Of a stretch of DNA of 64,000 nt, positions 1 through 12,119 are shown piece by piece. The stretch lies in NCBI GenBank assembly GCA_030704615.1, contig CM060733.1:3782001-3846000 (forward strand). Reading direction: 5' to 3'. The position numbers and the translations under genes were made by a program. How positions within the stretch are numbered: the stretch's first letter is position 1; every line of letters starts with the position of its first letter. The stretch comes from Takakia lepidozioides. Taxonomy: Eukaryota; Plantae; Bryophyta. The notes beneath the pieces are model-generated. The model was not told the DNA's origin, ran no database searches, and saw only the letters and a list, made by a program, of their open reading frames with translations.

Positions 1-420
1 GCTTGCAAGCTTATATAAATACAAAAGTGGCAATTGCAATGGAGGAAGAGGAAGAGCTTCGCAAGAGCGGGGTGTGTAAGCTTCGCAGACAGCCTCCACA
101 CCTCTTCAACCCTAGCACTCGGACTCCCCTTCTTCCCCACTATCGACTCTAAGTCCCAAACAAGCCAATGCAGTACCTCTCGAATCATCCCGAACATCAT
201 AACTCGGTGTCTTCGGCAGGCCCCATCCCTATCACCGGATCTAAGCGGCTGTCATGATGAGCCTATCTATCTTCATCATAGTCACATGCTTAGCCGTATG
301 CTTCTCAGTTCACCTCTATTAATTCTCCCTAAAGCGCAGCCGCCAAGTACACAAGTCCCCCCCCCCCCCCCCAATCTCCTGCCAAAACATCCTGGCCAAT
401 CCGATCCCTACCTTTTTCAT

Positions 421-2844
421 CATGGAAATGATCAATGCCAGCCTCTGGCTTCAGTTTCCTAGGAGCCGCCTTCACTAACTCACCCCTAAGCCCCTACCCG
501 CGCTTCGTTGCTGCAGCTGATCAACTCGGCCTCGTTTTTCAGCCGACGCCTTTCCTCCAGTCTATCTTCTCTGCTTCCTCGCCCGGCTAAGCCTAAGGTG
601 CCTGCAAGTTCTCTTTTGCTTGCATCTGGCTATCTGATTCTTGTTATCTGGTTTCCTCTCAATTGCCCTCCCCTCCTTCTCCTCCAGCTCCCTCTCCTGT
701 TGCATCTGCTCGCTTCCCCCCCATGGCGCCCTTCCTTCACAAAGCCTTCAATTCGGCAACCCATCGCCCAGGTCAAGGCCCTAAGTTTGCGGATCCCCGC
801 AGACTCCACCCGTCAACGGGGACAGGTTTCTTCATTGCGCATCAAACGCATTCCATGGGCCTCATTGTGCACAGTTCTTCTCAGGCAAACCGTCCCCCAC
901 CTCAATTCGCTCCAGGCCCTCCCCTGAGGCCCCCCATTCACAATGCTGCTGCAGAGATCTCTTCCGGGCCCCACTCAGTTTCCCCGAGCCCGCCCATTCC
1001 AGGCAGCCCGCCCACAGATCTCTCGGAAGATTCCCCTTCAGACTCCACTGCCTTGCAGTCTGCAATCGCCAGGGACCACCCACTCGTCCCAGTGGAGCTC
1101 GACCAGATTGACTCAGATGTAGCTCAATATGAGAACAACGGTATCCTTCTTCATTTCCCAGGCAAGAAAGTGACTAGAAACCAAGCGAAAGATTGGGCTA
1201 AACGTCATCTGGGTGCATCAGGTGACTTGCTTCATCACTTTTGTCATGCAAGAGGCCGTGGATTCTTCTCCATTCTTTTTTATTCCAAAGAGGCAACGGA
1301 CAAAGCCCGAGCGTTCAATCCTCATCTGCATGGGCTTAATGTCAATACTTTCCCATGGTCCAGATGCATGGGAAACATGAATGGCAAGATATGGAGCCCA
1401 AGGATCATATCATTGCCTTACATTCCTAACCAATACCTCTTAAGCCTACCGGCTATAGGCAATTATTTTGGTGCTTTTTTGGGATGTTTGGCGGTCTTTG
1501 ACAATGATTCATACACTACCTCCCTGCGACAGCACCCAGCATGGAGAGGGGCTACCATTTCATCTAAGGCGAATGAAAACGGATTTCCTAAGATAGTAGT
1601 GTTTATGTCCAACGATCAGGATCTTCCAGAATTCATCAGGCTGCCAATTGACAATCAAGGCAATTATTTCTCTGTGAAAGTGTCTAAGGACACGGCAGCT
1701 TCGGCATGTTATTATTGTGGAAAATATGGGCACCCTCAAGGCAGGTTGCCCCAGGCTGAAAAGAAGGAGAATGAACAACCCACAGGCTGGGCACGGAAGC
1801 ACCGAAATTATTCAAAATTCAGCTCCTACCACAGATCCCCACCCAGGAATTCCAATCAATCACAAAAAGTCCTCTCTATGTCACCCACTCTCGCTAAAGA
1901 AAGTTGACCAGAGGCCTGCCCTTGATCAGAGCAACCATGCCTGAGATTGTGTAGTCAATCAGATTTCCATCTCCCTGCCAACAAAGAAAAGAAGGCAAAT
2001 TGAGGACCCTATGGTCATTGAGGCCTCCTCTGCACCAGCTTCCAAATCCCACAGGGGCAAGGGCCCCATCATCTCAGAACTCCAAGCGGCAGGCATCCAA
2101 GGCTCTTCTTCTTCAGACATCCTCAAAGCCCACCTTCCAGCAACACTTCCCTCAATGCCTACCCCCACTCCAATTCCAGGGATTATCAGTTGGGAGATGG
2201 AACAGGCCAAGAACAAAGGGAAAACATGCCCCAACATCATCACCAGGCAACCAGTGGAGCAGGCACATACACCACTTCGTCACCCCTCACCATTGGCACA
2301 TAACCCTACAATTGCCAAAATTTGGGCCACTCTGGGAACTTTTCCTTCGCTCTCTCTCAAAGGCTGTTCGTAGCTAATCACCAGAGAAGATCCAGTCGCC
2401 ACTTGTCTTACCCCGATGATTTTCAGAATGACACCGAATCTAGCTTTCAGGGTCACTGCCAGGGACAATATGCACTTTGACTCAATATGGATCTCGGTGC
2501 ATGACATCCACTCATTCATATCCAAGAGCCCCATGGACAGCTCCCCTATCCCCACCCTCTACAACAAGATTCAGACCTATCTCAACTCCAACCTCCCTCT
2601 CTACTCTCTTTTCTCTCACTCTTTAGTCACTTGGGGCTCCTACGTAGTTCCCTGGGCTTTGTCAAGATCTGTCTCCAAATACCAATATTTTGGCTCTCAT
2701 AGATGAAAACCAGCTTCTTCAAAATGGAACCACTCTCCCGGGGGTATGGGCAGAGGCTGACCACTTTGAAGGTCCGTACACTCCCAGCAAGGTCTTAACC
2801 AGGTCCAAAGATACCTTAAAAAACGCCTTCACAGTTCTTAAGGT
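421..2844 (+). mobile_element. L1-type LINE, 5' part (degenerate ORF1), interrupted at 2844 by Gypsy E1
   Basis: ORF 663-1907 has a Pro-rich N-terminus, plant LINE ORF1-like motifs (GRGFFSILF, FPWS, LPAIGNYFG) and a CX2CX4HX4C knuckle (CYYCGKYGH/LKAGC) broken by a 1-nt frameshift near 1735. The true 5' boundary is uncertain. Confidence 0.75.
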
Positions 2845-3171
2845 TGTCAAGTTATTTTACCACTAGTGTGAAACTAGCTAGGAAATAGCTAGCTTTTACA
2901 TATTGACATTTGGGATTGGCCCAAGTGTCAATCCAGGGGTCAAGGCAGATTTAGGCCCTGGAGTGGTTATCTTCACGGCAAGCGCGGAAGGCTTATCTTT
3001 CTCGAGTTGAGCCTCACCGCACCTAGCTATGGTGCCGTAGTGTGGATTCCCCATGGCGTGGGGTGCACTTGGCTTGACTTGTATTTGAGTGATGAGGTTA
3101 TATATGCATGAGTTTATGCTTCAGCTTTGTGAGCTCGCATGAGCTTGTGCTTGTATTCTTCTTTTTTATCA
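2845..3171 (+). repeat. E1 terminal repeat A1 (TG...CA, ~327 bp)
   Basis: 2845-3170 is the reverse complement of 18369-18694, with about 6 transition mismatches by eye. Confidence 0.95.
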
Positions 3172-3215
3172 CTCGAGAAAGATCAGCTCGTATCTGTGAG
3201 TGCCAGATACGAGTT
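3171..3215 (+). promoter_or_regulatory. E1 non-tRNA primer-binding-like site plus adjacent hairpin
   Basis: ACTCGAGAAAGAT (3171-3183) is the exact complement of ATCTTTCTCGAGT (2995-3007) inside A1. It is followed by the stem CTCGTATCTG/CAGATACGAG (3187-3196/3204-3213). No TGG-type tRNA PBS is present. Confidence 0.6.
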
Positions 3216-3859
3216 AGTTGTAGCACTTGGGGTTTTTTCTTGAGAATGAGAGAAACCAAGTTGTTATGCAAGGAGCACCATGGAGCTCTTGGTTGTTAGA
3301 AGCGGAGGCGATGTGGGTTACGAGGTGGTAGACCTTGGCATTCAATCTTCAGCTTCAAAGATGAAAGCACCATGTTGCAGGTAATTCCAGAGCACCTTGA
3401 TGGTTTCAGATTGTGTACATGCATGAGCAAGCACGATTGGGAAGAGGACCAGTCAAGAGCAGGTTATAGTGGCTTTGGTGGCAAAGCTGAGAACTGGACT
3501 TGGGAATGCAAGCTTTCATTGTGTGAAGGATTGCAAGACCAAGCGAAAGGGCTGATTTGGCTTGGGGCAAATCAGTGCACTTTGTGGAGTATGGTGAGAT
3601 TGGGTTTCAATCTCGAGCTTCAGCATTGAGAGGGCTCTTGTCATGGCAAGAGCAGGGCTGGAACAGGAGCTAAGAGGTGCGGCAAGGCCATGGAATGTGC
3701 ACCTAGGGTTTCAGAGCTTGGAAGAAGAGCTCTTGCACCACAAGAGAAGTGTCTTGTGGCTGGAAATGTAAGCCTTAGGGTTTGAGGAGCTTGGCAAAGG
3801 CTGTGGAGTGCTTAGTCTTGTCTTAGAGAGCATCAAGGAGCCAAGGAGCCAAGATAGGG

Positions 3860-4215
3860 GGCTGATATCTCTTGTGTGAAGAGGTTGCATGTGTGGAGCA
3901 TGTATTCAGCTCATTGAAGCTTCCATCTTCAAGCTTGGAGGGCAAGCAAGGAAGAGGGAAGGGATGACTTCCCTTATGTGAGGGCAATGCATGTGTGGAG
4001 CATGCTATCAGCCTGGTGAAGGCTTGCACTTTCAGGTGTGGGAGTGCAAGAAAGGAAGGAAGGGGCTGGTTTCCTGTAGGGCATGTGAACATGTCATGCT
4101 TTCAGCCTGCTGAAGCTTGTTTTTCAGGTTTGTGGGTGCAAGAAATGAAGCAAAGGAGCTGATTCTCTTATGGTGAGAGTGGGGCATGTGTGGAGCATGC
4201 CTTCAGCCCATTGAG
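3860..4215 (+). repeat. Degenerate ~100-bp repeats in the E1 leader
   Basis: GCATGTGTGGAGCATG core recurs near 3887, 3989 and 4185, with a variant near 4081. Confidence 0.6.
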
Positions 4216-4714
4216 GCTCTTGTTTTCTAGCTTTAGAGAGCTAGAACGGAAAGGTCTAGGGCTGGTTTCCACTTGGAGTGAAAGAAAAGCACTTATAGGG
4301 CCTATGTGAGTTGGGGTTTCAACTTCAAGCTTGAAGGGAGCGCAACTCTTGAAGCAGCAGGTGTAGGGGGCTGGAATAGGCTCTAAGACAGATGCTATGG
4401 CCAAGGAGAGTGCTTGAATGAGTACTCACAAGGGCTGGGAACCAGCAGGGCTTGGTTGTTTGCCATTGAGTTTAGTGGCGTGTTTGGGGAGGCTAAGTGA
4501 GAAAGAAGGCTTGGTTTGTGGCAACCACCTCATGGCTTAGGGCTATTATGGTGATGTGTGGGAGCCGAAAGAGCAAGAATACCTTGCTGATTTCCTCATA
4601 GCCGCCATAGCTCGGTGGAAAGAAGCCTAGAGTCCAAGAGACACAAACCCTAGCTTGGCGTGGCTAAACCCCTTGGAGAAATGGCTAAACTAACTGCCAG
4701 AGCGCCATGGATGG

Positions 4715-5880
4715 GGTTGTGACGGGCTGTGCATGATGCCTTTGGGGCTGTGACGGGCTGTGACGGGCTGTGTCAGGCTGTGCCTAAGGCCTGTGGGGCT
4801 GTGAGGGGCTGTGACCAGGCTGTGCCGTGGCCTGTGGGGCTGTGATGGCTGTGCGGGGCTGTGACAGGCTGTGCCCAGTGGCCTATGGGGCTGTGACGGG
4901 CTGTGGCGGCTGTGACAGGCTGTGACGGGCTGTGCCCAGTGGCCTGTGGGGCTGTGACGGGCTGTGGCGGGCTGTGCCATGTGGCTGTGTGGGGCCCTGT
5001 TGTGACGGGCTTGTGACAGGTTGTGGCGAGCTGTGACGAGGATGTGCCTAGTGGCTGTGGGGCTGTGACGGGGCGGTGAGGGGCTGTGCCTATGGCCTTT
5101 GGGGCTGTGATGGGCTGTGAGGGGCTGTGCCTATGGCCTTTGGGGATGTGATGGGCTGTGAGGGGTTGTGTGACAAGGAGCCGTGCCTGAGGCCTTTGGG
5201 GCTGTGGGGGGCTGTGACAGGCCGTGCCTGAGGCCTTTGGGGCTGTGACGGGCTGTGACGGGCCGTGCTTGAGGCCTTTCGGGCTGTGACGGGCTGTGGA
5301 CGGGCTGTGACGGGCTGTGATAGGCCGTGCTCGAGGCCTTGGGGCTGTGACGGGCTGTGAGGGGCTGTGTTGTGAAGGGTGTGAGGGGCTGTGTCAGCCG
5401 TGCCTGAGGCCTGGGGGGCTTGTGAGGGGCTGTGAGAGGGGGTGCTTGTGCGTGCCTTTGGGGCTGTGATGGGCTGTGACGGGCTGTGCGGGGCGGTGAC
5501 GGCGGTGCCAGTGGCTGTGGGGTGCCAGTGGCCTGTGGGGCTGTGAGGGGCTGTGAGGGGCTGTGAGAGGCTGTGCCCGTGGCCTTGGGGCTGTCGAGGG
5601 CTGTGACAAGCCGTGCCTAAGGCCTTTGGGGCTGTGACGGGCTGTGAGGGCTGTGTCAGGCCGTGCCTGAGGCCTTGGGGGCCTGTGAGGGGCCTGTGGA
5701 GAGACTGGGACGGGCTGTGACGGGCTGTGCGGGGCTGTGACAGGATGTGTGGGGCTGTGACGGGCTGTGACAGGCTGTGGCGAGCTGTGACGGGCTATGA
5801 GGGGGCTGTGACAGGCTGTGCCCAGTGGCTGTGGGACTGTGACGGCTGTGACCAGTGAGCTGTGTGGGCCTGTGCTGGTC
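4715..5880 (+). repeat. G-rich minisatellite (GGGCTGTGAC-type 10-mer with higher-order units) in the E1 leader
   Basis: Dozens of GGGCTGTGAC / GGGCTGTGAG variants interspersed with GCCTGAGGCCTTTGG-type units over ~1.15 kb. Confidence 0.95.
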
Positions 5881-6589
5881 TGTGGTGGGCCGTGTTGACC
5901 TGTGGACGGCCTGTGCTGACTCGTGGAGGCACTGGTGACTGCCTAAGGACTGCATGTGGTCTGGAAGGCCGAATTTTGAAGCTCGTGGGAGGGCGGTTGA
6001 GGAGTATATTCATGATATTCCCATGGTCATGCAAGTGAGGGAAGAGAGGAGAGGAAGAGTGTTGGGATGAGGGCATCTGGGTTAGGCATTCTTCAGTCCG
6101 GGTTTGGGCTGGGTGTCCTTGCAAGAGCAACACCGTGGAGTTGTTTTTGGTGTGGGGGAGGTTGTCGTTCGGTTTGGATCCCCTCCATACCTGCATGCTT
6201 GACTGTGTGCCATGCTAGTTTTGTGTGGGCGCTGTTTTTATAGGTGATTGGTCCGGATTTGATCACCGGCCAGTCCCTAGAGCATGCTATCGATGGTGAG
6301 GCTGGGTGATGACCAGCCAGACCATCATTGTTTCTCCTGTGGTGAGGTTGGAGGTGATGACCAGCCAACCATAGGAGTGCTTGCGGTGGATGCAGGGTAC
6401 AGGTGTAGGCTATGTTAGGAACTTAGTATCCAAACCATAAGCCGCAACAGGTTCTCTACCCGGTTACCTTGTGGAGAGGGGGTTAGGGAATGTTCATGAC
6501 CGGTTGAGTGTCAACACGGAGGTGCCACTAGTTGCTGGGGACAGTGCCGGTTCGAGCACTAGCGATACTAGTGGGGTACACGAGACGAG

Positions 6590-7912
6590 GTGTGCCGTTT
6601 AGGCCCACCTTCACCTCCTGTGTCTTCCACGGAAGGTTCTGATTCGGATTGTGAATCAGGAGGACTCATACCGGCGGTGCAAGTTGTTTCTTTGCCATTG
6701 TTGTGGGACACAATGGAGGAGATGTATGGAGCTACCAAGGGCCACGAAGGTACTCTTGGGCGGTGGGCACCATCGAGTGGATGATTTTATCCAAGAGTTT
6801 GATAGTTGGTGTGATTTGCCAGCAAATGCGCAATCCACAACTATTTACGCCGTTCATGGCATGGAAAGGGCTGTTTCAGCACCTTGAGGGGCCGCCTATG
6901 GATGATTACCATGAGTTCAGGCGGGGGGCATGAGGTGAGATCGAGGAGTGGAGGATGTACTGGTCACCCGACTATGTCTCCATCACTAGGGGCACTAGAG
7001 TCACGAGGGCAGTGGCTACACCTGCCGCTGCACCGGCAGCTTCAGCAAGTAGCAGTGGAATAGTGGGATGGTGGTACAGTAGCTACGATGTCCACCCAAG
7101 CCACTACCGCACCAGCACTAGCACCCGTGCCTCCTTCAACCCTGTTGTGGAGTTCTTCAAAGAGTTGAGAGGGAACTACCAAGGGGTGAGGACAGAGAAG
7201 TTGTGGAGCTTGCAAGAGTTCCAACGGAAGCCGACTGAGAGCTTGAGGGAGGCTTTCACTCGCATGAGGCGCTTGATAAATGTAACCCAAGGGGTTACGG
7301 AAGCTCAGGCAGTCCAATTCTGGTATGGGATATTGGACAAGGAGCTGAGGAAAAGGGTGCGGGATGCAACTCTCCTACAAGCGGCCCAACCCACCTTAGC
7401 AAATGTGTTTTTGCTGGCAGAGCGGATAGAGCTCAACATGGTGGAGGAACGAGTGGTCATGGTGGGATTTGCTAAGGAGACACCACCGGGGTAGTGGTGC
7501 TCCTAGCCAACCACTACCTCAACGTGCTCAAGGCAACAAGGGGGCTCAGGTGAAGCTCAGGGAAGGGCAGAGAGGACCTCAGATGCAGGGGTCTCTCCCT
7601 TCATTTGCTGGCCAACAACGGGCGGAGGTGGTGTGCTGGACATGTGGAGGACCCCATGTCAAGAAGGATTGCCCAGAGGGAGGCAAAGGGTCGGCACATG
7701 CACAGCCTGCACAGTTGCAGTGGGGCATTGTGGCAAGCACGGGCATGGAGATGGCCCAGTGTTATGGTTTGCATCCTGAGTTGCGCCTAGGCCAGTTCCA
7801 AGGGAACAATGGTGGCCGGGGGCGAGTGGAGCAGCCCAGAGAGGACGAGGTGGCCAGCCGCGCGGCCAAGGGCAAGCTCAACGTGGCCAAGGAGCGGAGG
7901 TCAGGGTGTTGA
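6590..7912 (+). pseudogene. gag: E1 gag (frameshifted)
   Basis: Retrotransposon gag-like segment (FQRKPTESLREAFTRMRRL...FWYGILDKELR) and zinc knuckle CWTCGGPHVKKDC near 7633-7673. The start is approximate. Confidence 0.75.
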
Positions 7913-8611
7913 CCAAGGCATGGCCAACCGGCTTCAGCAGCTAGAGCAGAGGCTCGCTGCCATGGCTACAGCTCAGGTGGTACCGGCTCTAAGGCCGGAT
8001 GGTCCACCTCCTGCTCCTGAGGGAGGAGATATAGGAGGCATGGGATTCATGTGTGGAGCAGCACTACAACTAGTGCAGGTGGAGTCTGCTGCAGCCGTGA
8101 CTCGAGGAGCAGCACGAGTTCCTGAGCCACGAGGTACAGAGGTGGAGTTGGATCCACAGCGTGGGGAGGCAAGCCGTCAGGCTAGGCTTCCTCAGTCATT
8201 CACATTGGCGGAGACAGTGTCGACGCCATCCATGGCACCTAGTTCTCGCCCGACGGTTACCGAGGCGGAGGTTACTATGTCATTGGGAGAGCTACATGGG
8301 TAGCACCACTACCTAGTGTTGCAAGGCTGCGGTAGCTAGTGTGCTGCTAGGAGCGGCCATATCTGTGTGCCAGGCTCCATTGTTCTCGGCTACCATGATT
8401 GCGACGCCGGGGGTAAAACCAGCTGAGGTGTTCAGGCTGGCAGCTACACTCTGTGAGAGTGGGGAGGTTACTTCATCTTCTGCGAGATAGTGGGAGGTGT
8501 AGTGCCGGAGGGATCCTCGGATTTGAGGGTCAAGACTGCCACGGCGGCGCCATGGCAAGCTGCAGCTGCCAGGTTGATGGAGCTGCCAGCTAGGCAGCCA
8601 TTGAGCGCGCC

Positions 8612-8995
8612 ATGGTGACACCTGGAGTTGTCATGTTAGACAACCAGGATGGCATTTTCTGTTTGAGTGGACCGGCAGGCAAGAGGTACCGGCCACTGCG
8701 GGTCTTGTTGGACTCGGGAGCTCAGCCACTGATGCTGGGCAGAGCTGCTATTGCAGGCTTGGGCCTCACGGAGGCGGATATGGAGCCTTGTCCTTTCCAG
8801 ATACAGACGTCTCTGGGAGGATCGGAGCAAGCTCGGGGCATGACACGGCGTGAGTTGGCTATCAGACTACGGCCGGATCACCCTACAGATGGCTCAGTGA
8901 TGCGAGCCAAGGCCATTGTGATAGACGCGGTCTCATACGATGTCCTGGTTGGTGGGGCAGTGTTGTACCCCATGGGCTTCACCCTGGATTTTTAG
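8612..8995 (+). pseudogene. E1 aspartic protease
   Basis: LRVLLDSGA catalytic motif and YDVLVGG C-terminal motif. Ends at an in-frame TAG that is probably a mutated TGG. Confidence 0.85.
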
Positions 8996-9399
8996 GAGGA
9001 GTCAGCTTCCTATAGGCCTGCATGGCAGTCAGGGGAGGGCCGGCGTGTGCAGCTCCCTGTGACGTTCATAGGAGGAGTTGCGGTTGCCCAGCGAGGCAAG
9101 ATGCCGACACTAGCAGCATTCACAGCGGCAGTGAGTTGGCCTAGAGAGTTGCTTGAGGGCAACGCTCATTCAAAGGATGTACCACCTCCGGGAGAGCATG
9201 ACGACATGTATGGTATGGCGGAGTTGCCTACCATGGTTGTTCAGACTCCATTGTGGGGCACGAGCAAGGATTTGCAGCGGGATGCTGATCGACGGGTGCA
9301 ACAAGCCTGGGTGGAGGCTTTTGTACCGTCATGAGAGGAGGAGAGTGCGGGGATTGCACCAGACCACCTCAATTGTCTCCATTGGACACCACACCTATT

Positions 9400-10390
9400 G
9401 TGTGGCAGTATCCGGATGAAGGCATTTGTCTTCTGGACTTGTTTGGCGGGATCAGCACCGGATTGGCTGCTGTGTTACAGGCAGGTGTACGAGTTCGGCA
9501 TTACCTGTATGTGGAGAGGGATGAGACTGCACGACGCGTTTCACTTCGCCATGTTGCTCAGTTGGTGCAGCCGTACCCTGAGTTGTTGTCGGTGTCTGCA
9601 ATTCGTGGATATCAGCAGGCCTTGCCAGCAGACATTTCGTTGCTGGGGGTGCAAGATTGGAGCGGGTTGGCTCCATTGATCTGGTAGTGGCAGGTTGGCC
9701 CTGCCAAGGGCATTCATCAGCCGGCATGGCAATGGATTGCGAGACTCGAGGTCGGGTCTATTTTGGGAGATGGTGCGGGTTTTGCGCCACTTGCAGCTTC
9801 ATCAAGCTGTATCTCCAGCATACATCTTGGAAAATGTGCCATTGATGGGCGATTCTCGGGCCAGGGTGATGGCCAGTGTGCATCAAGTCCGGTCGTGGCT
9901 TGGGTCAGCAGTGTTGCTAGATGCAGCTACAGTGGGGTCACGGCTCATCGTCCACGGCTATGGTGGACTAACTTGATGCCACCCGCACTGCTCAAGCGTG
10001 CATTTGATGGGGTGCAGCGGCCAGCACATCTCACAGTGGATAACATTCTGGACACAGGGAGGCAGTCTCAGCGTGTGAGACACGATGACCGTTCGCCTTT
10101 GGCAGTGGTCAACAAGGTGGGTCAACCACGAGTAGCATTACCTACACTGCTCAGCTTCCCAGGATCGCATGCTTTCCAGGATAGTGGACCTGGCCTCCTG
10201 TGGGATGCTCAGTTGCAGCAGTTAGTGGAGCCTAATGCTGACGAGCGTGAGTGGGCAATGGGTTTTACCATTGGTACCAGAGCGGTGTCGTCTCTTTCTG
10301 AGGCATCACGTCGTCAAGTGTTGGGGCAAGCAATGGATCTCAATTGCTTGACCTGGATTATCAGCTTGGCTCTGGCTGAGCAACGCAGAG
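9400..10390 (+). pseudogene. DNA (cytosine-5) methyltransferase domain, DNMT3-like, inside E1 pol
   Basis: Motifs occur in canonical order across four frame pieces: I LLDLFGGISTGL (~9430), IV VAGWPCQGHS (PC at 9699-9704), VI YILENV (~9830), VIII AHRPRLWWTNL (~9945), IX EREWAMGF, X RRQVLGQAM (~10320). Confidence 0.92.
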
Positions 10391-10479
10391 TGTGGAGTAC
10401 ATTTCCCTCAATGGTCTCTCTGCCTACCGAGACGGTACAGGCAGTGAGTGGGGGCAAGCATGTGAGGACCATGGGGTGC

Positions 10480-11290
10480 ATGAGTTGGCCACTGACACGC
10501 CAATCTTTCGGAGACCCTGTAGATACAGTGACATGGAGAGGTCTTTGATTCAGATGAGGACTCAAGATCTCTGGGAGGCAGGTTTGGTGGAGCTCTCTGG
10601 TGGAGAGTATGCTTCAGCCACAGTGATGCCAGCCAAGAAGGATGTCTATGGCAATTGGACGGAGAGACGTATGTGCGGTGATTACCGGTCTGTAAATCGT
10701 CAGACCAAGTCCGATAAGTATGCCATGCCAACACCAGAGGAGATCTTTGATGCCATCGGGCATGCTAAGGCCTTTAGCACTTTGGATTTACGATCCGGAT
10801 ATCACCAGTTGCCAATCAAGGAGGCGGACAAGCAGAAGACGGCATTCTGGGGGATCAATGAGCACGGCAAGGATTGCCTATATCAGTGGCGGTTCTTACC
10901 ATTTGGGCTTAAGAATGCTCTTGCAGAGTTTCAGAGAGTCATGGATAGGATTCTAGCAGGGGTGACTTTGCTCGGTGCTACATAGATGACATCATCATCT
11001 TTAGTGTTACGATGGAGGAGCATGAGAGACACCTTCAGGTGGTATTGGAGCGCTTGAGAGCGCACGGATTGAAGTTGCATCCGGGGAAGTGCAAGTTTTT
11101 CCATAACCAGATTGAGAATCTGGGTCACATGATATATCCTGGAGGATTGGGGGTACAGCAGACTACGGTAGAGGCCATTGCACAAATTCCACGCCCCACG
11201 GATGTGAGCCGAGTTCGAGCTTTCATGGGGTTGGCAAACTATTATAGACGGTTTGTCAAGGGATTTGTACCATTGCAAAGGCTCTAACCA
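10480..11290 (+). pseudogene. E1 reverse transcriptase
   Basis: RMCGDYRSVN, FSTLDLRSGYHQ, LPFGLKNA, YIDD (TACATAGATGAC ~10979, after a frameshift), LHPGKCKF, FMGLANYYRRF. Confidence 0.95.
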
Positions 11291-11364
11291 AGCTGACCAA
11301 GGTGGACTAGGAGTGGCAGTGGGAAGATGAGCAGGAACGAGCTTTTCAAGAGCTCAAGGCGAGG

Positions 11365-11775
11365 TTGACCTCGGCGCCTATCTTGAGACGACCTATCAGG
11401 GGGCGTCCCTTTCAGCTGCATACGGATTGGAGCATGCTGGGGCTTGGAGCGGTGCTCACACAGGTGGATGATGAGGGAAGAGAGTTTGTAGTGGCTTACG
11501 CTAGCCGCTCGAACAACGCTGCAGAGGCTAAGTACAGCTCATATGAGGGAGAGTGCTTAGCTGCAGTGTGGGCCGTGACACACTTCAGGTGCTATCTATA
11601 CGGCAATCTTTTCACCCTTGTCACGGATCACCGGCCACTCAAGTGGTTGATGGAGTCAGACAAGCTTACGGGGAAGCTTGCACGGTGGGCACTTATACTC
11701 CAGGAGTATGACTTTCAGGTTGTGCATCGACCGGGTTTGGTCAATCGGGATGCGGATGGATTGAGTCGCAATCCA
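11365..11775 (+). pseudogene. E1 RNase H
   Basis: FQLHTDWS, VVAYASRS, YEGECLAAVWA, LVTDHRPL, NRDADGLSR. Confidence 0.93.
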
Positions 11776-12119
11776 TGCATGAGCCAGCAGGATGACACTG
11801 GAGCTCGGTGGCATGGTGAGACGGACGAGGAGATGGTGCCGGGATGGCACGCATCTGCATTTTTGTGTATCTTGGCATCGGGAGGTCAGGTTGGACCTAC
11901 AACAGGGATGACTGTAGACGGAGTGTCTGAGGACCCTGAGGCTAGTGATGAGTCAGGTGGTGCCAGAGATATACATGAGGATTCGACTGTGTTGGACTAC
12001 CTTCGCACGGGAGACACGACAACCACTGTGACTGCGAGGGAGAGGGATCGGATCCTGCAACGAGCCAAGAGGTTCAAGTGGGAGGGGATACACCTACTTC
12101 GAGTGTGGGAGGATGGTCG

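Noticed and set aside
4715-5880. Possible CRISPR-like or telomeric array
   Set aside because: No unique spacers, eukaryotic context, and the unit is not a telomere repeat.
4690-5955. Minus-strand ORFs rich in H/S/P/Q/A (4690-4980, 5394-5609, 5656-5955)
   Set aside because: Translations of the GGGCTGTGAC minisatellite with no sign of coding function.
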